Shown: one piece after another, positions 39,652 to 48,718 of the stretch | Numbering within the stretch: the first letter of the stretch is position 1 | Layout of the letters: each line of letters begins with the position of its first letter | Assembly (NCBI GenBank): GCA_964247075.1 | Contig: CAXTSS010000003.1 | Location: forward strand, 206,353-270,352 | DNA: 64,000 nucleotides | DNA from: an uncultured Rhizobacter sp. | GTDB taxonomy: Bacteria > Pseudomonadota > Gammaproteobacteria > Burkholderiales > Burkholderiaceae_C | Direction of reading: 5' to 3' | Position numbers and translations under genes: made by a program | Notes under the pieces: generated by a model | What the model saw: the letters and a program-made list of their open reading frames with translations, nothing else | Told to the model about the DNA's origin: nothing | The model's database searches: none

Positions 39652-42182
39652 CACCAATCCTCCTTCACCGCCAGCGCCATCTGCCGGCCGGCCGCGCGGC
39701 GCGCGGCGAGCCAGGCGGTGAGCGTGCCGGCGATCATCACGGCCAGGCACAGCGCGCCGAGGCGCGCCCAGGGCAACAGCAGGTCCATCGTCCAGTGAAA
39801 GCTCTGCGGGTTCACGACCTTCACCAGCACCACGCTCACCGCGAGGCCCAGCAGCAGCCCGAGCAGCGCGCCCGCCGCCGTCCACACCGCGCCCTCGGCG
39901 GCGACCACGCGCAGCACCTGCGCGCGCGTCAACCCGAGGTGCGCGAGCAGGCCGAACTCCTTGCGCCGCGCCAGCACCTGTGCCGAGAAGCTCGCGGCGA
40001 TGCCGAACAGGCCGATCCCGATCGCCACCGCCTGCAGCCAGTAGGTCACCGCGAAGCTGCGGTCGAAGATGCGCAGCGACGTGGTGCGGATCTCGCCGAC
40101 CGACGCGAACTCGAGCAGCGCGCCATCCAACCCGAGCTCGCCAGCCAGCGCGCGCAGACTCTGCTGCACCGCCGCCGGGCTTGCGCTCGGCCGCAGCCAC
40201 AGCGCGAGGTCGTTGACGCGCACGTCGCCGGTGAGGCGCTGGTAGTCGGCCGCGGGCATTGCGATGGCGCCGTGCTGGCGCGCGTAGTCGCGCCAGACGC
40301 CGCGCACGAACACGGAAGTGCTGCCGCCGGCGCCGATCGGCAGCACGAGCTGCGTGCCGGGCGACGCACCGTACAGGCTCACCATCGCCTCGCTGACGAA
40401 CACGCCGAGCGCACCCGTCGGCAACGGCACGAGGTCGCCGACGAGTGGCAGGGCCTTCGCCGGGTCGTCGATCGCGCGCGCGATCAGCGCCACCGCCGGC
40501 CGCGCCGGATCGAGTTGCACGCTCGTCACGCGCTGCGCCGCGACACGCTCGACGCCGGGCACCGCTGTAGCGCGCAGTGGCAACGCGGCGGGCAGCGTGA
40601 CGATATCGCCCGCGACCAGCGACGAGCCGGCGCGTGCGTACAGATCGGCCGGCAGCACGGTGTCCAGCCACTGCGTCACCGAGTCGCGAAAGCTCGCGAC
40701 CATCACGGTGAGAGCGACCGCCAGGCTCAGGCTCGCGACCACACCCGCCACCGCGATCGTCGCGGTGTGGCGCTGGTGGCGCGCGCGTTCGACGGCGAGC
40801 AGCGCGAGCGCATTCGACGGCGGCGCGATGCCGGCGAGCAGGCCGCCGATGGCGCCCGGCACGCACGCGATGCCGCCGAGCATCAGCATCGCGATCGCGA
40901 CGTAGGCGGCGAGCGGGATCTCGCCGATCGGCGGCGCGAGCGCGAGCAACACGCCGACGATCAACAGCGCCGGGCCGAACCAGCCGGGCATCGCGCCAGC
41001 GTTCTCCGCGCTCAAGCCCTTCAAGGCCTGCGCCGGGGCGAGCGCCTGCGCCGCACGCGCCGGCAGCCAGCCGCCGACGACCGCGGCGACCACGCCGAGC
41101 GCACCGTAGACCAGCGCCGACCCCGCATCGAACTGCAAACTCGGTGCGACCCCCGGAAAGTAGCCACCGCCCAGATCGCCGGCGAGCAGCCGCAGCGCGA
41201 GGGCGGCCAGCGCGGTGCCGAGCGCCAGGCCGAGCACGCTGCCGGCGAGGCCGAGCAGCGCGGATTCGGCGATCACGAGCGCGAGCCGCTCGCGCCCGCT
41301 CAGGCCGAGCACGCCGAGCAGCGCAAGTTGTGGCTGGCGCTGCGCGACCGACAGCGAGAGGATCGAGAACACCAGGAACGCGCCAGTGAACAACGCCACC
41401 AGCGCGAGCACCGTCAAGTTGACGCGATAAGCGCGCGAGACGTTCGAGACGCGCTGCACGCCCTCATCCGGCGCCGCGGCGCGCACGTTCGCCGGCAGCG
41501 CGAGTTCGCGCAGCACCTGCGCGCGATCGGCGCCGGTGCGCAGGCGCACGTCGATGCGGCTCAGCCGGCCGAGCCAGCCGAAGCTCGATTGCGCAGCGGC
41601 GATGTCCATCACCGCGAGTGCGCCGCCCGGCGCCGCAATGCTGCCCTGCACGCGCAAGGTGACGCTGCCGTCGGACGTCTGCACCCGCACGCGATCGTTG
41701 CCCGAAGCAGCGAGCCGCCGGCGCGCCTGTTCGTTCAGGAAGATCGAATCCGGCAGCAACGCGGCGAGCCGATCGGCGCCGTCGGCCGGGCGCGGCATCA
41801 GCGCGGGCGAGAGGGGTGCGGCGACCAGCGCATCGAGCCCGACGATCTTCAGCGTGACGCGCTCGCCCCGATGGCCGGGCCGCGCGTCGAACGCGACCGT
41901 GTCGATCTCGATCACCGGGCTCGCGATCGCGACCTGCGCGTGCGTGGCGACGCGCGCGTACAGCGCCTCGTCGAAGCCACTGCGCTGCGCGCGCAGTTCG
42001 AAATCGGGCACGCCGTTGACGGCCCGCACCGCCGAGCTGAACTCGCTCAGCGCCGACTGGTTGATGAGCTGCACCGAGAATGCCAGTGCCACGCCGAGCA
42101 TCACCGCGAGCAGCGCCGCGCCGTGGCGCCACGGATGGTGGCGCAGTTCGGGCCACGAGAGCTCGCGCAGCAGGGCGATCAT
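39651..42182 (-). CDS. FtsX-like ABC permease (AttF/G-like)
   Basis: Two FtsX repeats, LSVAQRQPQLALLGVLG and VLARRKEFGLLAHLG. Confidence 0.88.
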   Translation of the reverse strand: MIALLRELSWPELRHHPWRHGAALLAVMLGVALAFSVQLINQSALSEFSSAVRAVNGVPDFELRAQRSGFDEALYARVATHAQVAIASPVIEIDTVAFDARPGHRGERVTLKIVGLDALVAAPLSPALMPRPADGADRLAALLPDSIFLNEQARRRLAASGNDRVRVQTSDGSVTLRVQGSIAAPGGALAVMDIAAAQSSFGWLGRLSRIDVRLRTGADRAQVLRELALPANVRAAAPDEGVQRVSNVSRAYRVNLTVLALVALFTGAFLVFSILSLSVAQRQPQLALLGVLGLSGRERLALVIAESALLGLAGSVLGLALGTALAALALRLLAGDLGGGYFPGVAPSLQFDAGSALVYGALGVVAAVVGGWLPARAAQALAPAQALKGLSAENAGAMPGWFGPALLIVGVLLALAPPIGEIPLAAYVAIAMLMLGGIACVPGAIGGLLAGIAPPSNALALLAVERARHQRHTATIAVAGVVASLSLAVALTVMVASFRDSVTQWLDTVLPADLYARAGSSLVAGDIVTLPAALPLRATAVPGVERVAAQRVTSVQLDPARPAVALIARAIDDPAKALPLVGDLVPLPTGALGVFVSEAMVSLYGASPGTQLVLPIGAGGSTSVFVRGVWRDYARQHGAIAMPAADYQRLTGDVRVNDLALWLRPSASPAAVQQSLRALAGELGLDGALLEFASVGEIRTTSLRIFDRSFAVTYWLQAVAIGIGLFGIAASFSAQVLARRKEFGLLAHLGLTRAQVLRVVAAEGAVWTAAGALLGLLLGLAVSVVLVKVVNPQSFHWTMDLLLPWARLGALCLAVMIAGTLTAWLAARRAAGRQMALAVKEDW

Positions 42183-42838
42183 GCTGCGCCCTGCATTCCG
42201 CTCGCGGTCAGCGTCAGCACGCGATCCGCACGCGCCGCGGCGGCGCGCGAATGCGTCACCAGCACGCAAGCTGCGCCTTCCGCGCGCACCTGCGCCGAAA
42301 ACAGATCCATCACGCGCTCGGCGGTGGCGGGGTCGAGGTTGCCGGTGGGTTCGTCGGCGAGGATCAGCTGCGGTCGGTGCACCAGCGCGCGCGCGATCGC
42401 GACGCGCTGCAGCTGGCCGCCCGAGAGCGTCTGCGGCAACCGATCGCCGAGCGTGCCCAGCCCGACCGCATCGAGCACGGCCTGGACGCGCGCCGCATCC
42501 GGCCGGCCCTGCAACAACAGCGGCAGCCCGACGTTGTGCGCCACGCTCAGGTGCGGCAGCACGTGGAAGGCTTGGAACACGAAGCCCAGGTGCGCGCGCC
42601 GGAACAGCGCCTGCTGCGGTTCGGGCAGCGTGGTGATGTCGGCGCCGTCGATCAGCACGCGGCCTTCGGCAACGCTGTCCAGCCCGGCGATGCAGTTCAG
42701 CAGCGTCGACTTGCCGACACCCGATTCGCCGAGGATCGCGACGAACTCGCCGCGCGTCACTTGCAGATCGACGCCGCTGAAGATGGTCGCGTCACCATAG
42801 CGTTTGGCGAGCGCGACAACTTCCAGCAGTGCTGTCAT
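42179..42838 (-). CDS. ABC transporter ATP-binding protein (LolD-like)
   Basis: [35 protein letters not shown]. Confidence 0.92.
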   Translation of the reverse strand: MTALLEVVALAKRYGDATIFSGVDLQVTRGEFVAILGESGVGKSTLLNCIAGLDSVAEGRVLIDGADITTLPEPQQALFRRAHLGFVFQAFHVLPHLSVAHNVGLPLLLQGRPDAARVQAVLDAVGLGTLGDRLPQTLSGGQLQRVAIARALVHRPQLILADEPTGNLDPATAERVMDLFSAQVRAEGAACVLVTHSRAAAARADRVLTLTASGMQGAA

Positions 42839-43788
42839 GAGTCCGGCAACCCTTGCGCGAGCCGCGTCGCCAGCACGACGACTTCGTCGATCGCGCCCTC
42901 CGCATCGCACGCCACGCGATGCCGCTGCGGCATGCCGCGCAGCCACGTCAGCTGGCGCTTCGCGAGTTGGCGCGTCGCGGCCACGCCGCGCTCGGGCAGG
43001 TCGCTCAGGTCATCGGCGATCAGCGCCTCCCAGGTCTGCCGGTAGCCGACGCAACGCATCGAGGGCATGTCCGCGCTCAGTTCACCGCGTTCGCCGAGGC
43101 GGCGCACCTCGTCGATCAGGCCGTCGTCGAGCATCTGGTGGAAGCGCGCTTCGATGCGCGCGTGCAGCCAGGCGCGGTCATCGGGTTCGAGCGAGACCAG
43201 CGGCGGAGTCGCCTGCGGCGCCTTCTGGCGGTGGAACGACGACAGCGGCTGGCCGCTGACGCGGAACACCTCGAGCGCGCGCTGGATGCGCTGCTGGTCG
43301 CCCGGCTTCAGGCGCGCGGCCGTGATCGGGTCGACGCGCTGCAGCTCGCGGTAGAGCGCGTGCAGGCCGTCGCGTTCGAGCTGCGCGGCCAGCTGCGCGC
43401 GCACCGCGCGGTCGGCGGCAGGCATCGCGTCCAGGCCCTCGAACAAGGCCTTGAAGTACAGCATCGTGCCGCCCACCAGCAGCGGCAAGCGGCCGCGCGC
43501 GTTGATGTCGGCAACCAGGCGTTGTGCATCGCCGACGAAGCGCGCGGCGGAATAGGCCTCGAACGGCTCGATGATGTCGATCAGGTGGTGCGGCACGAGC
43601 GCGCGCTCGGCGGCGCTGGGCTTGGCGGTGCCGATGTCCATGCCGCGGTAGACCAGCGCCGAATCGACGCTGACGATCTCGATCGGCCGCGTGCTGCTCC
43701 ATGCCGCGGCGATCGCGAATGCGGCGGCGGTCTTGCCTGAGGCCGTCGGCCCGGCGAGGCACAGGCAGCGCAGTGGGGGCGCCGTCAT
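42835..43788 (-). CDS. miaA: tRNA dimethylallyltransferase
   Basis: [44 protein letters not shown]. Confidence 0.96.
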   Translation of the reverse strand: MTAPPLRCLCLAGPTASGKTAAAFAIAAAWSSTRPIEIVSVDSALVYRGMDIGTAKPSAAERALVPHHLIDIIEPFEAYSAARFVGDAQRLVADINARGRLPLLVGGTMLYFKALFEGLDAMPAADRAVRAQLAAQLERDGLHALYRELQRVDPITAARLKPGDQQRIQRALEVFRVSGQPLSSFHRQKAPQATPPLVSLEPDDRAWLHARIEARFHQMLDDGLIDEVRRLGERGELSADMPSMRCVGYRQTWEALIADDLSDLPERGVAATRQLAKRQLTWLRGMPQRHRVACDAEGAIDEVVVLATRLAQGLPDS

Positions 43789-45005
43789 ACAGGGGCGGGC
43801 TGCGCGGCTGCGGGCGCGCTGGCATGCACGTCGCCATGGCGCTGCACCAGCGTCCACGCGACCAGCGCGAGCACGATGCTGCACGCACCGACCCCGAGCG
43901 TCACCGGGAACACCGAGTGCGCCGGCGCGCGGCCCAGCCACAGGCTGATGGCGAACGCCGTGGCCATCATCGCGAAGCCCGACACCGAGGCCGCGGTGCC
44001 GGCCTTCTCCGGGAACGGCCCGACCACACCGGCCTGGCCGCACGGCTGATGAATGCCGTGTCCGACCGCGAACAGCCATTGCGGCAGCATGATGGCCCAG
44101 ACCGTTTGCACGCCCGTGAGGCTGAGCAGGGCCATGCCGAGGCCGCCGGCGAGCGAGAGCCACGCACCGCGCTTCACGGCGCCGCGCAGGCCATGGCGCA
44201 GCAGCAGGCGTCGGCACAGCATCGTGCCGAACACGTAGGCCATCGAGCACGTCGCGAGGATCACGCCGTACTGGACGCGTGTGGTGCCGAGCACGTTGAT
44301 GAACACGAACGACGAGCCCGCGAGCAGGAAGAAGATGCCGCTCCAGCTGCAGCACAGCAGCGCCGTCCAGGCCCGAAAGCTCGGGTGGCCGAGCACGCCG
44401 GCCCAGTTTCGCAGCACACGCGTCGGCCGCGTCGCCTGCGGGTCGGGCACGTTCAATGTCTCGGTGAACTTGCATGCGATGAACGCGAGCGCGCCGGCGC
44501 CGAACAGCGCCGTCATCAGCAGCGCGGCATGCCAGCTGAGCGTCTGCACCAGCAGGCCGCCGAGCAGCGGCGCGAGCATCGCGATCAGGCCGAGGCCGCC
44601 GAGCGCGCGCGACATCACGCGCGCGCCTTCGTAAGGCTGGAACAGGTCGCGGACGATCGAGCGCCCGCAGGTCACGGCGGCCGCCATCGCTGCGCCTTGC
44701 AGCGCGCGCCAGACGATCAGCGCCTCGATGCTCTGTGCGATGGCGCCGAGCACACTGGCGACCGTGTACAGCCCGAGCCCGATGAGCAGCACCGGGCGGC
44801 GCCCGAAGCGGTCGGCGAGCGGACCGCAGACGAGCTGGCCGAAGCCGAAGCAGATGATCAGCGCCGACAGGGTCAGCTGCGTCGCGCTCAGGCTCGCGCC
44901 GAGCTCGCGCTGCAAGGTCGGCAGCGCGGGCAGGTACAGGTCGGTCGAGATCGGCTGGATGCCGAGCAGCAGGGTGAGGGTCAGCACCACGACGACCGGA
45001 GTCAT
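43785..45005 (-). CDS. Bcr/CflA-family MFS drug transporter
   Basis: [25 protein letters not shown], ~12 TM segments. Confidence 0.9.
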   Translation of the reverse strand: MTPVVVVLTLTLLLGIQPISTDLYLPALPTLQRELGASLSATQLTLSALIICFGFGQLVCGPLADRFGRRPVLLIGLGLYTVASVLGAIAQSIEALIVWRALQGAAMAAAVTCGRSIVRDLFQPYEGARVMSRALGGLGLIAMLAPLLGGLLVQTLSWHAALLMTALFGAGALAFIACKFTETLNVPDPQATRPTRVLRNWAGVLGHPSFRAWTALLCCSWSGIFFLLAGSSFVFINVLGTTRVQYGVILATCSMAYVFGTMLCRRLLLRHGLRGAVKRGAWLSLAGGLGMALLSLTGVQTVWAIMLPQWLFAVGHGIHQPCGQAGVVGPFPEKAGTAASVSGFAMMATAFAISLWLGRAPAHSVFPVTLGVGACSIVLALVAWTLVQRHGDVHASAPAAAQPAPV

Positions 45006-45083
45006 GCGCGGTGGGTCGTAGGCAGGAGAGGGCATCCCGCGAGGGTAGCAGGGACGCGCCTTTGGCTTGTGCGTCAGGGCATG

Positions 45084-45740
45084 CTAGTTGGCAGGTGCGG
45101 CGATGCTCGCCCGCAGCGCCTGCGCGAACCCTTGCAGATCGGGCGCGCTCGCGTCCGACACGGCCCAGAACTGCATGCCGCCCTGGGCCCAGCCGACGAG
45201 GCTGTAGCCCTGCCGCGTCTGCGCGCTGGCTTTGCCCGCGGGCGCGGGCCAGACGAACAGGTTGATGACGTGCCGGCGCTCCTGGTACACGAGCGCCGCG
45301 ACCGGCCGGCCGCCGATCACGTCGAGCCGGCCGCCGCTCAGCACGTAGCCCTGCGCGGCGAGGTCCACCACCGGCGGCGCGAAATCGAGCTTGCCGGCGA
45401 ACCACGGCTTGACGGTGTGGCGGTCGGTGGAGGTCACGTCGGTCAGGTGCGCGGCCATCAGCGAGCGCACATGGCTCGCGGCGATCTCGTCGCCGATGGC
45501 GTCCGTCGAGCCCGGCAGCGCGACGCTGGCCAGCACCAGCCAGGCCGCGGCCGCACCGGCGCCGAACACGAGCGCGGCGTCGAACCAGCGGCGCCACGGG
45601 CGAGCGCGCGCGGGCGGCGCGGCGGCGGGCGGCGCCGCGCCGCGCAGATCGGCGGCGATGCGCTCGGCCAAGCCGGCCGGCGCCGCATGACGTGCGGCTT
45701 CGCGGCGAATGAGTGCGCTCAAGCCGTTGTCGTCAGGCAT
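45084..45740 (-). CDS. Transmembrane anti-sigma factor
   Basis: Single TM, then [47 protein letters not shown]. Confidence 0.85.
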   Translation of the reverse strand: MPDDNGLSALIRREAARHAAPAGLAERIAADLRGAAPPAAAPPARARPWRRWFDAALVFGAGAAAAWLVLASVALPGSTDAIGDEIAASHVRSLMAAHLTDVTSTDRHTVKPWFAGKLDFAPPVVDLAAQGYVLSGGRLDVIGGRPVAALVYQERRHVINLFVWPAPAGKASAQTRQGYSLVGWAQGGMQFWAVSDASAPDLQGFAQALRASIAAPAN

Positions 45741-46284
45741 TGGCATCGCGCTTCCCTCCGAGGGTCGAGTTGGCCGCTTCGTCCTGGAGTGCCGCGCGCA
45801 GCGCGGCGCGCGCACGCGACAGCCGCGACATCACGGTGCCGATCGGAATGCCGGCCACCTGGGCAATTTCCTCATACGACATCTCCTCCAGTTCACGCAG
45901 CACGATCACCTCCCGAAACCGCGGCGCCAGTGCCTCGATCGCGGCGTTGACGCGGCCGCGCTGCGCACGTTGCTCCCACAGCACGGCCGGGTCGGCGCTC
46001 GGCGCCGCAGCCGCGCTGTCGCGTTCTTCGTCGAACGCCAGCTCGGCGGCGAACGCCTGGTGTTGCCGCATCCAGTCGTAGCAGGCGTTGCGCACGATGC
46101 CCAGCAGCCACGGCCGCGCGTTCGCCTCGCGCAATCCGCCGAAGAAGCGGAACGCGCGCAGATACGCCTCCTGCACCACGTCGTGCGCGTGCTGCTCGTC
46201 GCGCAGCAGCCAGCGCGCGAGGTTGTAGGCCGCGCCGAGGTGGGGCAGCGCAGCCGCTTCGAATTGTCGCGTGCGGTCGTCCAA
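45733..46284 (-). CDS. ECF RNA polymerase sigma factor (ECF26-like)
   Basis: LPHLGAAYNLARWL, DVVQEAYLRA, REVIVLRELEEMSYEEIA...GTVMSRLSRAR; TTG start at 46284 chosen for its AAGGA RBS (alternative ATG at 46302). Confidence 0.88.
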   Translation of the reverse strand: MDDRTRQFEAAALPHLGAAYNLARWLLRDEQHAHDVVQEAYLRAFRFFGGLREANARPWLLGIVRNACYDWMRQHQAFAAELAFDEERDSAAAAPSADPAVLWEQRAQRGRVNAAIEALAPRFREVIVLRELEEMSYEEIAQVAGIPIGTVMSRLSRARAALRAALQDEAANSTLGGKRDANA

Positions 46285-46299
46285 CGGAATCCTTGACTG

Positions 46300-46366
46300 C
46301 ATGACTCGAGGGCCTCGATGTTTATTCCGCGCCGCGCGGAATAGATGCGTGCGCTGTGAAGTCATG
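46300..46366. promoter_or_regulatory. Back-to-back ECF promoters GGAATA-N17-GTCATG on both strands
   Basis: + strand: GGAATA 46338-46343, GTC 46361-46363; - strand: GGAATA 46328-46323, GTC 46305-46303; central palindrome TATTCCGCGC-C-GCGCGGAATA. Confidence 0.75.
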
Positions 46367-46402
46367 CCTGACTCAACCCGAACCCATCACAGGAGTGTGC
46401 CC

Positions 46403-47656
46403 ATGAATTCGCTCGCCATGTCGCCGAAACGGATGATGCGCGTCGCCGCCGCCGTCGTGCTGTCGGCCTTTGCATACACCGGCTCCGCGGTCGCCGCCGG
46501 TCCCAAGGCCTACATTGGCAATTTCAAGGACAGCACGGTCAGCGTGATCGACACCGACACCCGCGCGGTGCTGGCCACGTTGTCCGTCGCCGCCGGCCCG
46601 GACGGCATCGCGATCACCCCAGACGGTGCCACCGCGTTCGTCAGCGGCGCCAGCGCGACGAGCGTCAGCGTGATCGACACCGCGACCGACACCGTTGTGC
46701 GCGCCATCGAGGTCGGGAAGGGGCCGCAGGGTCTGGCGATCACGCCGGACGGCCGCTGGCTGCTGGTGGCGGTGAACGGTGAAGACCGGATGGTGATTGT
46801 CGATGTGGCCGGCCGCAGCGTGGCCGGCAGCGTCGCGGTGGCCAAGCCGCACACCATCGCGGTGCGTGCCGACGGCAAGCTCGCCTACGTCACGTCGCAG
46901 GAGCCAGGGCACTTCGCGCTGAGCGTCATCGACCTCGGTGCGCGCGCGATCGTCGGCAGCGTGCCGGTCGAGAAGCCGCCGCGCGACCTCGAGTTCGACC
47001 ACGACGGCCACGCGCTGTACTTCACGCTCGCCGGCGTGGCGGCGGTGCAGGTGCTCGACCCGGCCAGCAACAGGATCGTCGCGCAGATCCCGACCGGCCC
47101 CTCGCCGCACTTGGCGCACCACTTCGCCGGCATGCGCGAAGGCGTGATCGTGGTGCAGGGCCCGGGCGAAGTGATGCTGTTCGATCCGGCGACGAACGCG
47201 CCGCTGCGCAGCATCAAGGTCGGCCAGCAGCCGCACTGGATCGATGCGTCCGCCGACGGCAAGCGCCTGTTCGTCAGCAACGAAGGCTCGAACACGCTCA
47301 GCATTGTCGATGTGGCGAGCGGCGAGACCAGCACGGTCGCGGTCGGCAATGCGCCGCGCAAGGTGGCGGTGCAGCGCCTCGCCAAGGTCGGCGCCGCGAG
47401 CGGCGCGGCGCGTGTGGCGATCAAGAACTTCGCGTTCGAGCCGGCGACGCTGACGATCTCTGCCGGGCAGCGCGTGGTCTGGTCCAACGACGATGGCGCA
47501 CCGCACGGCGTGCGCTTCGGCGACGGCGCGCCCGGGCAGGATCTGATGTTGCCAGGGGAGACCTTCAGCCGCGTCTTCGCCACGGCCGGCGTGTTCGACT
47601 ATGCCTGCTCCGTGCACCCGTACATGACGGCGCGGGTGACGGTGAGCACGCGCTGA
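46403..47656 (+). CDS. Secreted YVTN beta-propeller fused to a C-terminal type-1 cupredoxin domain
   Basis: RBS CAGGAG, signal peptide, repeated 'SVIDT.T..V...I.VG..P.G.A.TPDG'; C-terminal PHGV...YACSVHPYM (His, Cys, His, Met). Confidence 0.85.
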   Translation: MNSLAMSPKRMMRVAAAVVLSAFAYTGSAVAAGPKAYIGNFKDSTVSVIDTDTRAVLATLSVAAGPDGIAITPDGATAFVSGASATSVSVIDTATDTVVRAIEVGKGPQGLAITPDGRWLLVAVNGEDRMVIVDVAGRSVAGSVAVAKPHTIAVRADGKLAYVTSQEPGHFALSVIDLGARAIVGSVPVEKPPRDLEFDHDGHALYFTLAGVAAVQVLDPASNRIVAQIPTGPSPHLAHHFAGMREGVIVVQGPGEVMLFDPATNAPLRSIKVGQQPHWIDASADGKRLFVSNEGSNTLSIVDVASGETSTVAVGNAPRKVAVQRLAKVGAASGAARVAIKNFAFEPATLTISAGQRVVWSNDDGAPHGVRFGDGAPGQDLMLPGETFSRVFATAGVFDYACSVHPYMTARVTVSTR

Positions 47657-47781
47657 TCCGTTCGCCTGCGACGCTGAAGTCTGGCCTGATTCTGCCGATA
47701 AGCCTCTGTACAACCGCACGTTCAGGCGTCGCAGGCCAATTCCGTCTCACACCGCACGCGGCGTGACAGGGTCTTCGGCCA

Positions 47782-47793
47782 CGACAATTGTCG
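47782..47793. promoter_or_regulatory. Perfect 12-bp palindrome upstream of the PhnD-like gene
   Basis: CGACAATTGTCG. Confidence 0.35.
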
Positions 47794-47855
47794 CCACGGC
47801 CCACCAGGTCGGCAACGCTGCGCATCATCGATCCGGAGCCGTGAAGGGAAACACA

Positions 47856-48713
47856 ATGAAGAAGTCGATTCGCAGACGGTCCTTCTGCTTGACGATGCTG
47901 TCGGGCTGTGCCATGCCGAACCTGGCATGGTCCCAGACCGCCGCGCCGCTGGAGATCGGCGTCTTGCCGAACATCAGTGCGCGGGTGTTGCTCGGGCAGT
48001 ACCAACCGATGCGCGAATACCTGGCCCGCGAGATGAAGCGGTCGGTCCAGGTCTCGACGGCGCCCACCTGGACGGCCTTTCACCAGCGCACCCTGGCGCT
48101 CGACTACGACGTGGTCGTGACCGCCGCCAACCTCGCCCGCGTGGCGCAACTCGACCGCGGCTACGCGCCGCTGCTGTCGTATGCACCGGCCATCAAAGGC
48201 ATGGTGATCTGCGCGAGCAGCAAGCCGATCAAGACGGTGGCCGAGTTGCGCGGGCAGACGCTGGCGCTGTCCAACCCGCAGTCGTTGCTCACGCTGCGCG
48301 GCATGCAGTGGTTGGCCGAAAACGGCCTGCAGCGCGGCACCGACTTCAAGACCGTCAACAGCCCGACGGACGACAGCGTCGGCAACGTCGTGGTTCGTGG
48401 CGACGCGATTGCAGCGATGCTCAGCGGCGGCGAGTACCGCGCGATTCCCGACGCCGTCAAGGCCCAGCTGCAGATCTTGACCACCTTCGCCGAAGTGGCG
48501 GGCTTCGTCGTTCTGGCCAATCCGAAGTTCTCCGCGGCCGAAGCGCGTGCCATCAAGGACCATCTGCAGAACTTCGCAGCAGGCTCCGACGAAGGCAAGG
48601 CGTTCTTCGCCAGCTCCGGCTTCACCGGCATGCGAGAGCCGGCGGCCGGCCTGTTGGAATCGATGGACCCGTACCTTGAAGCGACGCGCAAGGTGATGTC
48701 CGCACCCGGTTGA
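47856..48713 (+). CDS. Phosphate/phosphonate-type periplasmic binding protein (PhnD-like)
   Basis: Export signal, GVLPNISAR.L..QY.P...YL, LALSNPQSL, DSVGNVV..GD. Confidence 0.75.
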   Translation: MKKSIRRRSFCLTMLSGCAMPNLAWSQTAAPLEIGVLPNISARVLLGQYQPMREYLAREMKRSVQVSTAPTWTAFHQRTLALDYDVVVTAANLARVAQLDRGYAPLLSYAPAIKGMVICASSKPIKTVAELRGQTLALSNPQSLLTLRGMQWLAENGLQRGTDFKTVNSPTDDSVGNVVVRGDAIAAMLSGGEYRAIPDAVKAQLQILTTFAEVAGFVVLANPKFSAAEARAIKDHLQNFAAGSDEGKAFFASSGFTGMREPAAGLLESMDPYLEATRKVMSAPG

Positions 48714-48718
48714 GGCCC

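Noticed and set aside
47657-47855. c-di-GMP riboswitch upstream of the GGDEF/EAL module
   Set aside because: I could not match class I or class II consensus elements by eye; kept only as an unexplained stem
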